DNA of 64,000 nt from Paraspadella gotoi (lineage: Eukaryota; Animalia; Chaetognatha): positions 16,430,165 through 16,494,164 of the forward strand of contig CM119270.1 of NCBI GenBank assembly GCA_051294375.1, read 5' to 3'. This document shows positions 50,405 through 63,598 of this stretch, in pieces. The notes beneath the pieces are model-generated. The model was not told where the DNA came from and made no database searches. It saw only the letters and a list, made by a program, of their open reading frames with translations. Position 1 is the stretch's first letter. The number at the start of each line of letters is the position of its first letter. Position numbers and translations under genes: made by a program.

Positions 50405-52745
50405 ACTGCGCGCGTTTCTTTCCCTCCGCGCAAAGAATTCTCCGGGGCGGTCGAGAGAGAGATGGATGAGAGACGGACAGAGAGACAGAGGAGGGATGGC
50501 GTGGAGCACGATTTCTTCTTCTTTAGTCGCTCGCATCGTCGACGTTGGTTTTTCCGATATCGTTCAAAACTGACGACGATTGAATTCGAGAGCGCATCGA
50601 CAACGCTGACGACGTTGTCCCCAGTCTCTTTACGTTCATTGCCTTTTATCGCCGCCGACATCGCCAGCGTTCCTAAATCGCCCTGGTACATCGGACTTCC
50701 ACCAATCACTAATGTCTTTTGTTTAATTGTCCGATTCAGCATTGGATATACATAAGTATTTAGTTTTTTCCAGGAGGAAACAACAGAAATCATCGGAACT
50801 TCTAACATTTTAGCGAGAGCTTTTGAATCTAGTCGCTGTATTCTCTTCGCTTTAATAAAAATTATAGCTATCGTCTCTGGTTAGTTCTATGTCTCTTACT
50901 TTACTGCCTATCTTTGCGTCTTTAAAACCACTATACAGTATCCACTCAATAGACTAAGAGTCTATGTATCATTCTATGTTTCTATCTCGTCGACTTTGAA
51001 CAAGTTTCTCTCTTGACCAAACCTATCTCACCAAAACAGCGTTGAACTTTTGCAATTCACGGACTTACGTACTAAAATATCGCATTTTAATCATTTTTGA
51101 CGTAACCACAAAAAAAAAACGAAAGCGCGTAACATTGAGTAACATAAAAAGGAAACCGCGTATCATTTCGTAATAAAAAAAGGAAAGCGCGTATCATTGC
51201 GTAACAAAAAAAGGAAACCGCGTATCATTACGTAACAAAAAAAGGAAACCGCGTATCATTGCGTAACAAAAAAAAACCCACCCCGATCAACGACAACAGA
51301 AACGAAACAAACAAATGACGCCGTCTTTTCATGTCATTCTTGACGCCGAAATAATCGTCATCTCCAACGACGCCGTAGGACGACGCCGCCTTTTATCGCT
51401 GTCGCCGCCGCCGCTGCCGCCAGCGGTTGACGTCGCGGTTGAATGCGAATGGCGCTCGTTTTGGGCGGCGTCTTTTTTTCGGCGACGCGAGTCGCGTCTC
51501 TGCGTCTCCTTCAGCGGCGCCTCATTATTATTTCCGGGTGACGAATCGAATGACGTCGACGACGACGACGACGACGACGATGGAGACGACGACGAAGACT
51601 ACGACGACGACGCTATACTCCCTCCGCCGAATTGATAACGAGATGATCTTTCAAAACTGACAGCACTGCCACAGTACGAATAGACAAAATCTCTGCCATG
51701 TTTAAATTCTGCGATTCTATTTTATTAGTCTTTTAAAAAAAGCATATAACACATTAAACATACTAATCAGTAATCACTCTTCTTTCTCTTCAGGTTACTC
51801 CACGACAAAATGTAAAGCGTCATGGGAATCCTGTGAAACTTTCGCCGCAACTTGCCACAACAACCAATCTTGCCGCAAATATTAAACTTCTCACTCGAGT
51901 TTCTTTTACAGCAATTTTCTCCTCCTCGATTTGCTTCAAATTTTCAACGAAAGACTTCGACTTCCTCATCAATCGTGTTTTGATCGCAGCATTTCCTGCC
52001 GCAAATAAGGATATAACAGCATTTGCAGCAATCTTGTCGCTGGCCACTCACCTTCGCCAACGTCTCCACGAATCACTCATTTCCGTCATGGAATTTCCGG
52101 CGAAATTTCGGCATCATTGACCGGAAGTGAGGGCGGATCGATTGACGTTGACGCCGGAATTCGGAGAAAGGAGAAGGAAGAGGAGGAAGAGTCAAAAGAT
52201 CGAAGCGCCTCAGTCCGTCCATTTATTAATTAATATATAAAATAAGAAACGAGAAAAATACTTTTTTGTGTCGTTGTAGTTGTCTATTCTAGCGAACGTA
52301 CAATCTATCACGTGACTCGGTTCTTCCGTTCGGACTAGGCCGACGTCCTACTACGAAAAAAAAAACATAAACAAAAAATATAGTATAGTAACTAAAAAGT
52401 AAAAAAAAAAAAAGAAAGAAAATAAATACACAAAAGACAACCGTTTTTGAGCGAAGGTAACAAAGAATCCGAAAAGAAATCGAGAACGACTGCAGTAAAT
52501 TTGGGTCCGACTCAGAAATATTCGTAAAACTACGGAAATACGGAGAAAATCGAACTCAGATATCGGAAACCCAAAAAAAAAAAAAAAAAACAGAAAGAAA
52601 TAACGATAATTTGAAGAAAAATATCGAAAGAGCGAAAACTTGAAGCCTTCGGTTCAGCTGATTTCATCATCGACGAAAGTTCGACACGAACTTCGGTTGA
52701 GATGACAACCATGTCTAACTCACTTTATTGGCATCATCCAGGTGA
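49900..52745 (+). repeat. ~2.8-kb segment duplicated in direct orientation at ~57830-60485
   Basis: Colinear landmarks such as ATCCACTCAATAGACTA, CGTCGACTTTGAACAA and TTCCGTCATGGAATTTCCGGCGAAATTT; the second copy is indel-degraded. Confidence 0.9.
51110..51275. repeat. 31-bp minisatellite, about 5 copies
   Basis: GGAAACCGCGTATCATTGCGTAACAAAAAAA at 51151, 51182, 51213 and 51244. Confidence 0.9.
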
Positions 52746-53325
52746 GTCAATTTTTAAGAATCCACAAATAATTTTGTTAACGCATGAAGAAGAGGCTTGT
52801 ATGTAAGCCTGAAAACATGTACGTTTTTTACAATAAAGTCGTTTGTAGAAAAATATTAAAAACGTTCGTTTTCCGATACGCAATCACAACGAAAGAGAAG
52901 TGAAATCATAGAAGAAATAATGATTTTAATAAAGAAAAATTAATTACAAATAAACTATTAAAGATAGGAATAATGGTCTACTGCGACTCAAACGAAAGTA
53001 CATTAGTTTGCATAGATTATGGACTGACTGCATCGTATTCATGTTTTTAAAAAATTGTTAAACCATTTTTTAAATTTTTTTTATTTCTATCATTTATTGA
53101 TTTTTATAGCTAATTTTAATATCAGTTAATATTTAAAAAATGTCATTAAGGAAAAAATTTGGCACTTACCCTGCTTTTTTGCTTGTAGCGCCAAAGGCTC
53201 CGGGAAACGTATCCGGGACATCTCATTGTCTATGCTTGCATTCCCATGCCGAGTAAAATCGAATGTAAAACATGGAACCGTGTTACATTGTTAAGTTGCA
53301 TTGCTGGACCAAATAAGCTAATTAA

Positions 53326-53832
53326 TTGCGACCCAAATACTTCGCAATTGCTCTACCAAGTTATCTAGAGTCTGACCAAATTAGGAACTGTTTGACCCTA
53401 ATTACAGAAAATTATACCCATCTATATAGACGCACGATTGATCCACTTTTTTATACGCGTGTTTGTACAGTTTGTGATCAACATCTAGTCGCAATTGGAT
53501 ATCCAATTATGCTTTAGTCCTGTCCTCCTAAGATTTATGCGCGTCTCGATTGAATTATGGCAAATGCACTCTTTAAAGTTATTCTTGAAAGATTTATTCC
53601 AATTTTTCAATTATGGCTATTTATATCCCATTTGTCCTATTATTATTTAATTCAGTGTTACCCAATATTTATAAAAGATTTAGAACAATTTATTCAACAG
53701 ACTGGGTCTATACCACTGAGTGAAGTCGAGTAACTTAACATTCATAAACATAAAAATTACCCAAATTATGAAGCAGTTTAACCAAATTAGTAGAAAGTTT
53801 TACCAGAATCTATCAAAAGATGTGGCAATTAA
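53326..53832 (+). pseudogene. Decayed intronless ORF of unknown (viral or TE-like) origin
   Basis: About 135 codons of complex sequence with only two internal stops in AT-rich DNA (includes CTVC), then more stops; no family recognised. Confidence 0.3.
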
Positions 53833-54138
53833 ATAATATATCAGATTGATTCTACTTTATTGTCAGTTGACAATTTATGTCTATTCTGCAATGTATAATT
53901 TATTTGCAAGCGTGACCAAAGTTGGTTATTACGTATAGACAGCTATTAGTTCAGTGACTTGATAAATGCTGAAGTGAACAATATTATTTTTTTTTTTATA
54001 TGTTTATTGCTCAATGAAAGATTGAAAATAGAAAATAGATAGGAGAAAGAGAGAAAAGGAAGAGAACGAGGAGGAAAGACAGCGCAAAGAGGTACGAGTA
54101 GATAGGATAATGATCAGCTGATGATAGGAGGAAAGGAG

Positions 54139-54386
54139 CGCTTCGCACGGGGCTAGAGAAAATTGCGCCCCCCCTGGGGTAGCCCCAGGGAGAAAGGTTT
54201 TTCTAGAGCACCCAGGAGGGATTCCCCCTGAGAGGATGCGCGCCCTTGGGGCTTCCAAAAAAGAGGCTACCAGCGGGGCGCGACGCCCCCATGGCGGTCA
54301 AGGATATTGCCTGCCCCTCGGGGCGCGCCTCGCCGGAGCCACCCCGCGGAGGCGCGTCGCCCAGCACCGCCCCGCGAAGGGAAGCG
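54139..54386 (+). ncRNA. Unclassified GC-rich multibranch stem-loop element (~250 nt)
   Basis: Outer stem CTTCG(CA)CGGGGC / GCCCCGCGAAG encloses about 5 hairpins, e.g. CCCTGGGG-TAG-CCCCAGGG; G-U pairs favour the + strand. Whether it is transcribed is unknown. Confidence 0.4.
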
Positions 54387-54394
54387 ATTCTGAA

Positions 54395-56525
54395 GGATGA
54401 CATACTTGGCTTCTTCACACCACTTTCCCCTTTACCCGCTCACACAAACTTCTTCTCTCAATCTATTTATGGATGTTAAAATATAAGATAAAAAGATTCA
54501 ACGTAATGTGAACTCTTATTTTTTCAGTTTCTTAAACTCATTTCCAGCTTCGTACGTTTCCACCGGAAACAGTTTATAGTCAAGGATCGTTACACCATTT
54601 TTTACCGACACAAAAAATTTTGAACTCAATCTATCCAATCCAATTTATGATTAAATTTAGAGTATTATTGTTTAAAATAATTTAAAAATATTTTTAGTTA
54701 AATTGCGACTTATGTTTTTTCCTCTTAGACTCACACGATTCCGTCGAAACTTTATACTCGCAGCTTTTATACACACACTTTCACAGGCCCACACACAAAA
54801 GTTTTCTTTCCAATACCAACCAGCCATCACTGAAGTATTGAAGAGCTTTTTTGTAAGCGGTGGACGGAGATGGATCGAGAGTCCTTTGATTGACTGAATT
54901 AATTAATTGATTGATTAAATTAAGTTAACTGAATTTATATAATCTAAGCTGATTAATTTGATTTGATTTATTTACATACATCTGCATTAAGTATAATACA
55001 TTGAATATTAAAGGAAGAATAAAGAATCAATATCTAATTAGTAATGACAATCGTGTATGTGCGTGTTATTTCCATTTAAACCTCATTTCCACTAGAAGAT
55101 TCAATACGAAAACTTTGAGGTTTCTCTTTTGATTCAATCACACGATCTTTTTCTACTCACATACAAAAATTCCAGGTCAATCGAAATTAAGTAGGTAAGT
55201 AAAGCTAACTTTGTTCGCAACTTGGTCATAATTTAATCATACATTGACAATAATTTGGTCAACTGACTATAATTTTAGAGCAATTAAACGCTGAACCATA
55301 ATAATTGAAGTTCACATCTGGACATTTATTGTGTCGTCAATCTCGACATTTTAATTCATGTTTGGGTCATAACCTGATCGATTATACTTCGTTCTTTCTC
55401 ATCTGGTTCTTATGATCTTGCTGTCTAACAGGGTCTCATAAATATTGTCGTATTTCAACAGCTTTCAATTTTTGGTTCAACTGTCTGTCAGCAACTTTGA
55501 TCACACTTGCAGTATCTGGTTCGAAGCTGGCATATATTTTGCTTTCTTCTTCTTCTATTTTTCTTTTTTTTCTCTTCTTGCCTTGATTCGAACCTGACAT
55601 GTTCGAACCATTACTCTTTTCAAGGGCAATTATGTGATCCCTGGCCCATAAGTTATTTTCCTAGTCATGACATATGGCCTCATGACGATCACGTGGTCAA
55701 TCATCACTTAACATAAACATATCACATCGCTCTCTCATGCATATCGGATATTCAATCAATCCATTCAATTCAAATCTAAGCATCCCAATTCTCATTATAT
55801 AATAAATATAAATATAATATAATAAATAAATAATAATATATATAATGCCCGACGCTTAGGTCAATCAGAATGGAGCTCCTCTCGAGATCCGTGACTCTAC
55901 TCTCTCTCTACTCTCTCGTACTGATGAGATGCTCGAGAAGACTTTTTCAAAATTCATAATACAAATGTGTCCTTTTGTCTGTATCTTCATAATGTGAACT
56001 CTTTTCACTCCTTTGACACGATCTCACTTCAAATACATCTTCAATAATATCCTACGTCTTTAAGTCACATACTTTCCTACCCCACACATCAAAATTCGTA
56101 ATTTTCGATTTTATCTATCCAGTGTGTTTAATAAACAATAATAATTAACTCGAGTGGTGAAATTTCAAGTTAAAGAATACTTTAAGTAAATATGACTTTT
56201 GTTTTTCCATTTTAATCTTCATGTTCCCTCGCACGATTTCCATCGAAACTTTATAGTACCAGCCTCGAACTTCAACCACTTTTCCTCGTGACAGACCATG
56301 TCATAACAAAATTTCTCACGCTCATTGCTCCTACTGCCCACTCATTAGCACATTGGCGTTCAAATATGATTAATTAATATTTTTTGTTTTTTTCTCCACT
56401 TCTTAATACTTAATTTTCCACTCGTGCAGTCTAATTCCCACGTCGAAACTTCATATCCATCTCAATCTTCATAGTTTCCCTGATACCCCAACACGAAAAT
56501 TTCATACCACATCCCATCCATCAAT
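54395..56525 (-). repeat. Family of about 7 highly diverged ~130-160-bp units
   Basis: Minus-strand motifs GGAT.GAT ... AA(T/C)TTTTGTGTGGG ... TATAAAGTTTCGA ... GGAAA ... A-run; exact TAATGTGAACTCTT shared at ~54504 and ~55990. Confidence 0.55.
55230..55600 (-). pseudogene. Decayed ORF starting MSGSNQGKKRKKRKIEEEESKIYASFEPD (NLS-like)
   Basis: 54-codon open frame from ATG at 55600, then plausible continuation in a shifted frame with stops; AT-rich TATA-like tract upstream at ~55795-55845. Confidence 0.3.
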
Positions 56526-58181
56526 TCACGTAAGTATAATTGAGTTTTTCTTTGCTAAGGTGGGACGGACGGACGGAACGGCGAACGCGGCTACGGCACG
56601 GGCTTACGGACGCGAAGGTACTTGCAACACGGATCACAGCGCACGCGACGAATATACGGGGACGGATCGAACGCGACGACGCTCACGGTGCACCACACTA
56701 CGGACGGTCGGACGGACGGTACGGACAAGACCGGTATCGGAACGGGACATCGTTTCTTTGATTTGCATCAATGTTATCATAATTCGGATGTTCTGACTTT
56801 TTTCATATACAGATGTGTGCCTAATCAATATTTGAGGGGGCGCGGACCGAAGGCGGCGACCGAAAAACGTTGAGTTATAGAAGTCGGGATCTGACTAGAT
56901 AAGCAGATACCGACTAAAAAAAAAAACCTGACTTACCGGAATTTGCTAACCTATTCACAGCGGAGTGCCTAACTAGCAATCGTGTACTTATAAAATTTAT
57001 TGCCGCGCGACCTCGGTTTTCCAAGGTTGCACTTTTTTCTTGTGTTCTGTGTTTATATCACTCTCTTGACCCTACATGTGCTATTCTTTATACTAAACGT
57101 TTTTAGACGTTACAAGAAGACTTTGGTCTGTATGAAACTGGAAAATCTTCTTATCGCTCATTACTGTGATAACAGAATATGGTTTTCTTCTTTGGACCAG
57201 AGATCATCTCGAGGAGCGAAGACGCCACGGTTTGGGGAAGTTAACTGAACAAAATCTACGCACAAATATGCGGATTTCAATTTTGTTATTTTTAAGTGAA
57301 ACCTTTTCACTTAATTTTCTCGAATTCCCCAATTTAATTCTCTTCGTTGGCGCATCTTTCATTCAAACAAAGAATATTTTCCTGCGTTGTGGCGAGTTGA
57401 GTGAGAACGACGGTTGGGCCTTTACTATACTATCAAGTTTAAACTTTAAAACTTACCTGGGCCTATTTATTAGTGGTCGGGGTATTAGTACAAAACAATA
57501 TCTGAACTATAAATAGACAAATGTTTTACACGATGACGATAAAACTAGAGCAACATGCTAGAGAGGGTATTTAGTTTGTTACTTGCTTCAGTGTGTGCAA
57601 GCTGCTTATATAAAGGCTGAATGGATACGGGGAGAGATTGAGAAGAGATATGAGAAGACGGCGCGATGTAGAGACGGTGACATTGAAGTGTGAGGCGGGG
57701 CCGACTGTAAGGGAGACGACGAGAGAGAGAGGGGATATTTAAGCATGATGAAATATTTCAGGGAAGAAAATCAACTTTTCACCCACTGGATGAAGGCGTC
57801 AATATCAGAAGATGAAGGACATTCATAGGTGAGGACAAGAGAGAGAGAGAGGAGAGAGAGAGAAGAGAGAGAGGAGAAGAAGAGAAGGAGAGAAGGAGAG
57901 AGAAGAAGAGAAAGAGAGAAGTCATGTTGCCCCAACCGTCTTGCGTCGATTCATCCTTCGCATTTACGAAGTTTTTTCCGCTTTCCTCCTCCTCCTCTCC
58001 TCCTCCTCCTCCTCCTCCCTCCCGCGATTAATACATCACCGGTCCCTCTCGCGCTCCCAGTGCCTCCCGTTCCCCCAGCCGAACGAGGCTGTGGTCTCGT
58101 TCGAAAAAACCGCTCGGCCTGCGCTCTGACGCGCCTGCCCGCTCGCCGTGGTTTTTCTCTCGGCAACGCGCCCCTCTCGTC

Positions 58182-58214
<33 letters not shown>

Positions 58215-60449
58215 TCTCTCTCGTTCCTCTCTCCGTCTCTCTCTCTCTCTCTCTCTCACTCTCTCTTCTCGACTGCGCGCGTTCCCCCGCGCATTAAAAA
58301 TCTCGGGCGTCGAGAGAGAGATGGAAAGAGCCAGAGAGAACAGAGAAGGAGAGCGGGATCACGATTTCTTCTCTTTACGTAGTCGTCATCGGTCTGACAG
58401 TTGGTTTTCCGGATATCGTTTCAAACGACCGAACGACGACGACGATGAACGACGAACGACGACGACAACGCTGACGGACCGTTTGTCCGCCCTTCTTCAT
58501 CCCTTTCGCGCCGACTCCGTCCCAGCGCTGTAAATCGCAAACGACATAGTACTTTTCACCATGACTATATGTCATTTGTTTAACATTCGATCAGCATTGT
58601 AATAAATTTAATTTTTCCCAGGGGGCGAAAAAAATTAAGGAAACCCCAAACAAAAAAATGCATGCGCGACTTCTAAACCCATTTTAACGGAAGCTTTGCA
58701 ATCTAGTGCGTGTATTTCCTCGCCTTTACCTAGAAATCCTGGCTATCTCTCGTAGTTCTAAATGTCTCTAACTTTCCTGTTTACTTTTTCTTAAGCACAA
58801 CAGATCCACTCAATAGACTATTAAGAAGGTCTATGTATCGATTTCTAATGTTCCATTCGTCGTCGACTTTGAACAAAGTTTCTCTCTTGACCAAACCTCA
58901 TTCTCAACCAAGAACCAGCGTTGACTTTTGCACTCAGACTTAACGTACTAAAAAATAGTGCATTTTAACATTTTTGACGTAACTAAGCAAAGAAAAAAAC
59001 GAAAGCGCGTAACATGAGTAAGCATAAAAAAGGAAACGCGGTATGCATTTGTAATAAAAAAACGCAAAGCGCGTAATTCGAATTGCGTAAACCACAAAAA
59101 TCCCCCGCGCCCCTCGGGCGTCCCGCCAGCGTCATGCTACCCCCCCCCCCGATCAACCCCGCCCCGAAGCACACCCCCGCCCGTACTTTCACACTGCATT
59201 CTGAGCCGAAAATATTCGTCAAATCTCCACCGAACCCGAGGAACGACGCGCCTTTTATGTGATGTCGGCGGCCGCTGCCCCAGCGGTTACGTCGCGGTGG
59301 AATGCGCATGGCGCTCGTGTTGGGCGCGCGTCTTTTTTTCCGCCGACGCGCGCCGTCCTTCTGCGTCCTGCAGCGGCGCCTCCATTATTATCCGGGTGAC
59401 GAATCGAAGCTCGAAGACGACGACGACGGAGCGCGCGACGATGGAGACGACGGGAGAGACGACAAGAACTACGACGACGACGCTACTAGCCTCCCTCCGT
59501 CCGCAATTGATAATCGAGACTGATGTCTTTCAGAAATCTGACAGGCACTGGCCACAGTACGAAATAGACGAAACTCTGCCATTTTGCTGCGATTTATTTT
59601 AATTACGTCTTTTTCACAACACCAGCTTATTAAACATAGCTAAGGCGATACTCTTCTGTGCTGCTTCCAGGTTCACACAATGAAGCGTATGGGACCGTCA
59701 CACTTTCCCGCACCTCTTGCACACAAACACAAATCTTGGAATATAAACTTCTACTCGAGTTTTTTACAGCATTTTCTCCTCTTTGCTCAAAAATTCACGA
59801 AGACTTCGACTTCTCATCATCGGTTTGAATGAGCATTCCTCGAAATAAGGAAGTAAACACATTTGCGAATCTGTCGCTGGGCATCACTTCGCAAGTTCCG
59901 AATATCATTCCGTCATGGAATTTCCGGCGAAATTTGGGCATCAATTGCCGAAGTGAGGCGGATGATGACGTGATCGCTGGAATTCGAGAAGAGAAGGAGA
60001 TAGGAGGAAATAAAATCGAAGCGCCTCAAGTCGTCCTTTAGAATTCAATAATGAATAAGAAACGAGAAAAACTTTTGTATCTGATTGCTAATTCTATGCG
60101 AAGTAAATCATCAGAACTAGGTTTATGTTCCCTATCGTTGATAGGCCGACTCGCTACTCGAAAAAAAATACATAAAAAATAAGTATAGTACTAAATAAAA
60201 AAAAAAAAGAAAGAAATAATCACAAAGACAACCGTTTTGAGACGAAGGTAACAAAGAATCGAAAAGAACGAGAACGACTGCGTATTTGGTCGACTCAAAA
60301 TAGTAAACTACGGAATACGGAAGAATGACTCAGATTCGTAACCCAAGAAAAAAAAAAAAAAAAAAACAAAGAAATAACGTATTGAGAAAGAAATGAAATA
60401 GGAAACTTGAAGCTCGTCACTGATTTCAGCACGAGAAGTGACAAACCGT

Positions 60450-60845
60450 TAGGACAACATTCACTTTATGGCATATAGGTGAGCTGGGCATGTCAACACT
60501 TATTGGATTCATTGCCAGGTGATTTGTGACAGTCAACTACTTGAATTGCAATCATCCAGGTGATTTGTGACATTCTAACTCATTATGGATACAGGTAAGT
60601 GTGACATGTTATCACTTATTGGTCATCAGGTGAGTTGAGCCATGCTAACGACTTTATTGGATCATTCCAGTGATTGATGACGCAGCATCATGAATAACAG
60701 GTGATTAAGACATGTTCTATCTCTTATGGCCATCTATAGTAGTTGGTGACATTTTAACTATTGTCAATACCGGAGTATGATGACATCACCACATATAGAT
60801 ACGTGCGTTGTGGAAGAACTGACTCTTTGAAACATCAGGTGATGA
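60450..60845 (+). repeat. Degenerate ~40-bp tandem repeat of the unit seen once at 52710-52746
   Basis: Repeated CATGTCTAACTCACTTTATTGGCATCATCCAGGTGA-like units, about 9 noisy copies. Confidence 0.6.
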
Positions 60846-63598
60846 TTAATTCAACTCCAATACCAAAACTATACCATGAAAAGAGGACTCGCTACAGGTA
60901 AATAGTGAAAATTTTTAAATTTCACTCGTGCATTAGGTCAGATACGAACGTAGAACTTGACATGAAGACGAATATACAATCACCCAAGCTCGAAATAAAA
61001 GATGCCAAAGATTAATTCAAATCATACTATATTGTGTGAATTCGCAAAAACTTCAAAGGGTCTTTGCATGTTCTCCTAATAATATACCGCTGGCCTTTTT
61101 AAAGGTCCATGTATCGCCTGTCGGCGGCGGAAGCGGTGGTGGCGTCGACGGGGCAGCAAGATACTCAGTCCGCCGGGTGGGAGGAGTTGTGGTGATTGAC
61201 GATGAGACGACGAATGAGACGATGTATAATGATGATGAGAAGAGCGACATGACGAGATGAAGACGAATTCATGATGACGATGAACAGCGACGTTGATGAG
61301 ACGAATAAGTATACATAATAATGAGAGAGCAAGCGACTGATATGATCGAGATGAGAATGTTAAGACGATGATGACAGCGTATTAGACGATGAAACATGGA
61401 ATATGACGATGGACAGCGACTGATGAGACGATAGCACGATGATAGCGGAGTACATGAGAAACAACAATTGAACTGAAAAGAACGTATCCAGACGTTAAAA
61501 TGTACAATGACATGACAATAATCGCGATATCAGAAATGAGAGAAAACAGAACCACCCCTCCCACTTAACGTCCATGTATACAAAACCTTCTTCTTCAAAT
61601 CGACCTCCTCTGGTACAGCGCTGCGGCCGCACAAGGCATGGGTCTGCGGTGCGGTGCGGCGCATGGCGCCAGGCGCTCGGCCCAGATTCACGGACGTTCC
61701 AGCCTTTTCCTACGTGCGAGTGAGTTTTGGGCTGTTCGGCTGGTCAGTGTTGATTATTTCATTTTGCATTGCATGAAAACGTAAAATAAAAGAAATATTT
61801 TCGAATAAACTAATAAAGTTATTTCCGAGCAAGAAATTAATGTGATAACATTTAAGAATTGACTGAGTTATCAAATATGCATGAAAGCTTGCAGAATAAG
61901 CGAAGATAAAAGTTATAATCTGTTCTGACTTGTTTAGTACAATAACTGCCCAAACAATTATAGGTGGGTACGGAAGGCTGCCATGATAGTGATGCTATAA
62001 GATCTAAGAAAGTATTCAGGTAGTAGGACAGTTTGCTAACATATAAATTCTGTTTATAATTTGTAGGGAGTAATAAAATCGTAATAAAATGATAGGCTAA
62101 AAATTTGATATAAAAACAAAAAACATACATACAGAAAAAAAAATGATTTTAATTTCAAAAATTATGTCTACATTTCCTATAAAGAATTTTATGAAAAAAC
62201 TTTATGACAACGAGTTTTTGACAGAATAGTCGACTCTTTCGACTTCAACGTTTTTGCTTTCAACAATTTCATTTTTAAAATTGAGTTGAGAGAGTGAGAG
62301 AGAGGAGAGAGAGAAAGAAGAGAGAGAGAGAGCGAGAGGAGAAGAAGAGCGAGAGCTTCCAAAAAAGAGGGAGAGAACAGTGGTATTTGAGATCAGGTAG
62401 GTAAGGCAAGTTAATTATGAAGGTGATAAGAGGAGAGAAATAGAAGAGAGCGAAAAAATATAATATGGAAAACGTATTTGAAAATTTTCATATCTGAGTA
62501 CAAAGATTAAATAATAACAAATTAATATAAAACTAGTAAGAATAAAGTAATATCACTAGTTATAATTAAGAATGAAATATACAAAAAATTAAATTATAGT
62601 TAGAACACCGAATGATTGAACATTTTCGTTAAATCCAAGATATTATCTTCTTTCCTGATCTTGTTTTTTGATATTTCAATGTTTTTCGATAAACCTTTCG
62701 GGCGCATAAGTGGAAAAAAAAAATGTTTTCTCAAAATTAGGTGAAGAAATCATTTCTACCAACATATCATAAAATAAATGGATTTTTTTTTTCTTGCGAT
62801 ATCCCATTTCTCCCTCTCGTCATTTCTCTCCTTTTCTCATCTATCGCCCTATCATTGCGCGGCATAGTGGGCGATCGCACAACTTGTCTCCGCTTGGTCT
62901 GCTCTCCTCGACTTATTTTTGTTCTTTGATCTTCCTTCCTTCTCTTTATCACTCTCTCTTCCTCTCACTCCTGTCCCACTCTGTGTTCGTACGAAAGCAA
63001 ACGGGTTGGTTTCATCCAAGATACACGGAATACTCCACAAGACTCTAACCCAGGACCACAAACGTTCTACCCCACCCGTCTCGACCCAATTTTTTCCAGT
63101 GTTCTCGCTGATAATTCGACGGTCGATTTCGATGAAGAAACTGGAGAGATGGGGAGGAGGGGGAACTAAGGAGTAGGGAGAAGCGAGCGGGAATACGAAA
63201 AAAGATGGAGGAAAAGAAGCGGATGACAACCAGGCAGAAGACATAAAAACCGACGGACGGAACATCAAACGATGAGGATACGAACGCGATGGTCGGATGC
63301 GATAATAATATTTGGGGAGGTTAATTTCAATTTTTTTAACTTGTTCGTTTTTTTTTTTTTTTTGTCTTCTTGAGCTTTCCTGTTTTTTTTTTTCTCACTC
63401 GAGTGACAAACAAATCGATTCAAATCTTACGTAATTGAAAACTTCGCGAAATCCACTTCCTCCACCCTTTCCCACCTTATCCATCCAACACATCATCCAC
63501 CCGGCGCGCCGATTTCCCGGGCCTTTTTTCCGGCCAACGACGAGGCGACATAAAACGCGAACGCGTATTGGCTGAACGCGCGGATGTTTACTGCCGAT

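Noticed and set aside
50164-50808. 214-aa minus ORF overlapping a 228-aa plus ORF
   Set aside because: The length is inflated by microsatellites; the unique part is unrecognised and has no clear splice context.
51770-52117. Cys-Cys-rich minus frame with in-frame TGA codons (selenoprotein?)
   Set aside because: The TGC codons simply mirror GCA codons on the plus strand, and no SECIS was identified.
55921-55942. CTGATGAG-ATG-CTC-GAGAA resembling a minimal hammerhead ribozyme
   Set aside because: Lacks the invariant GAAA and a stem III cleavage triplet.
49900-60485. Direct repeats as LTRs of a retrotransposon
   Set aside because: No TG..CA ends, PBS, PPT or gag/pol seen; the second copy has raw-read-like indel noise.
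62852-63268. 138-aa minus ORF divergent from the 63599 exon
   Set aside because: No recognisable domain and partly low complexity; cannot be supported.
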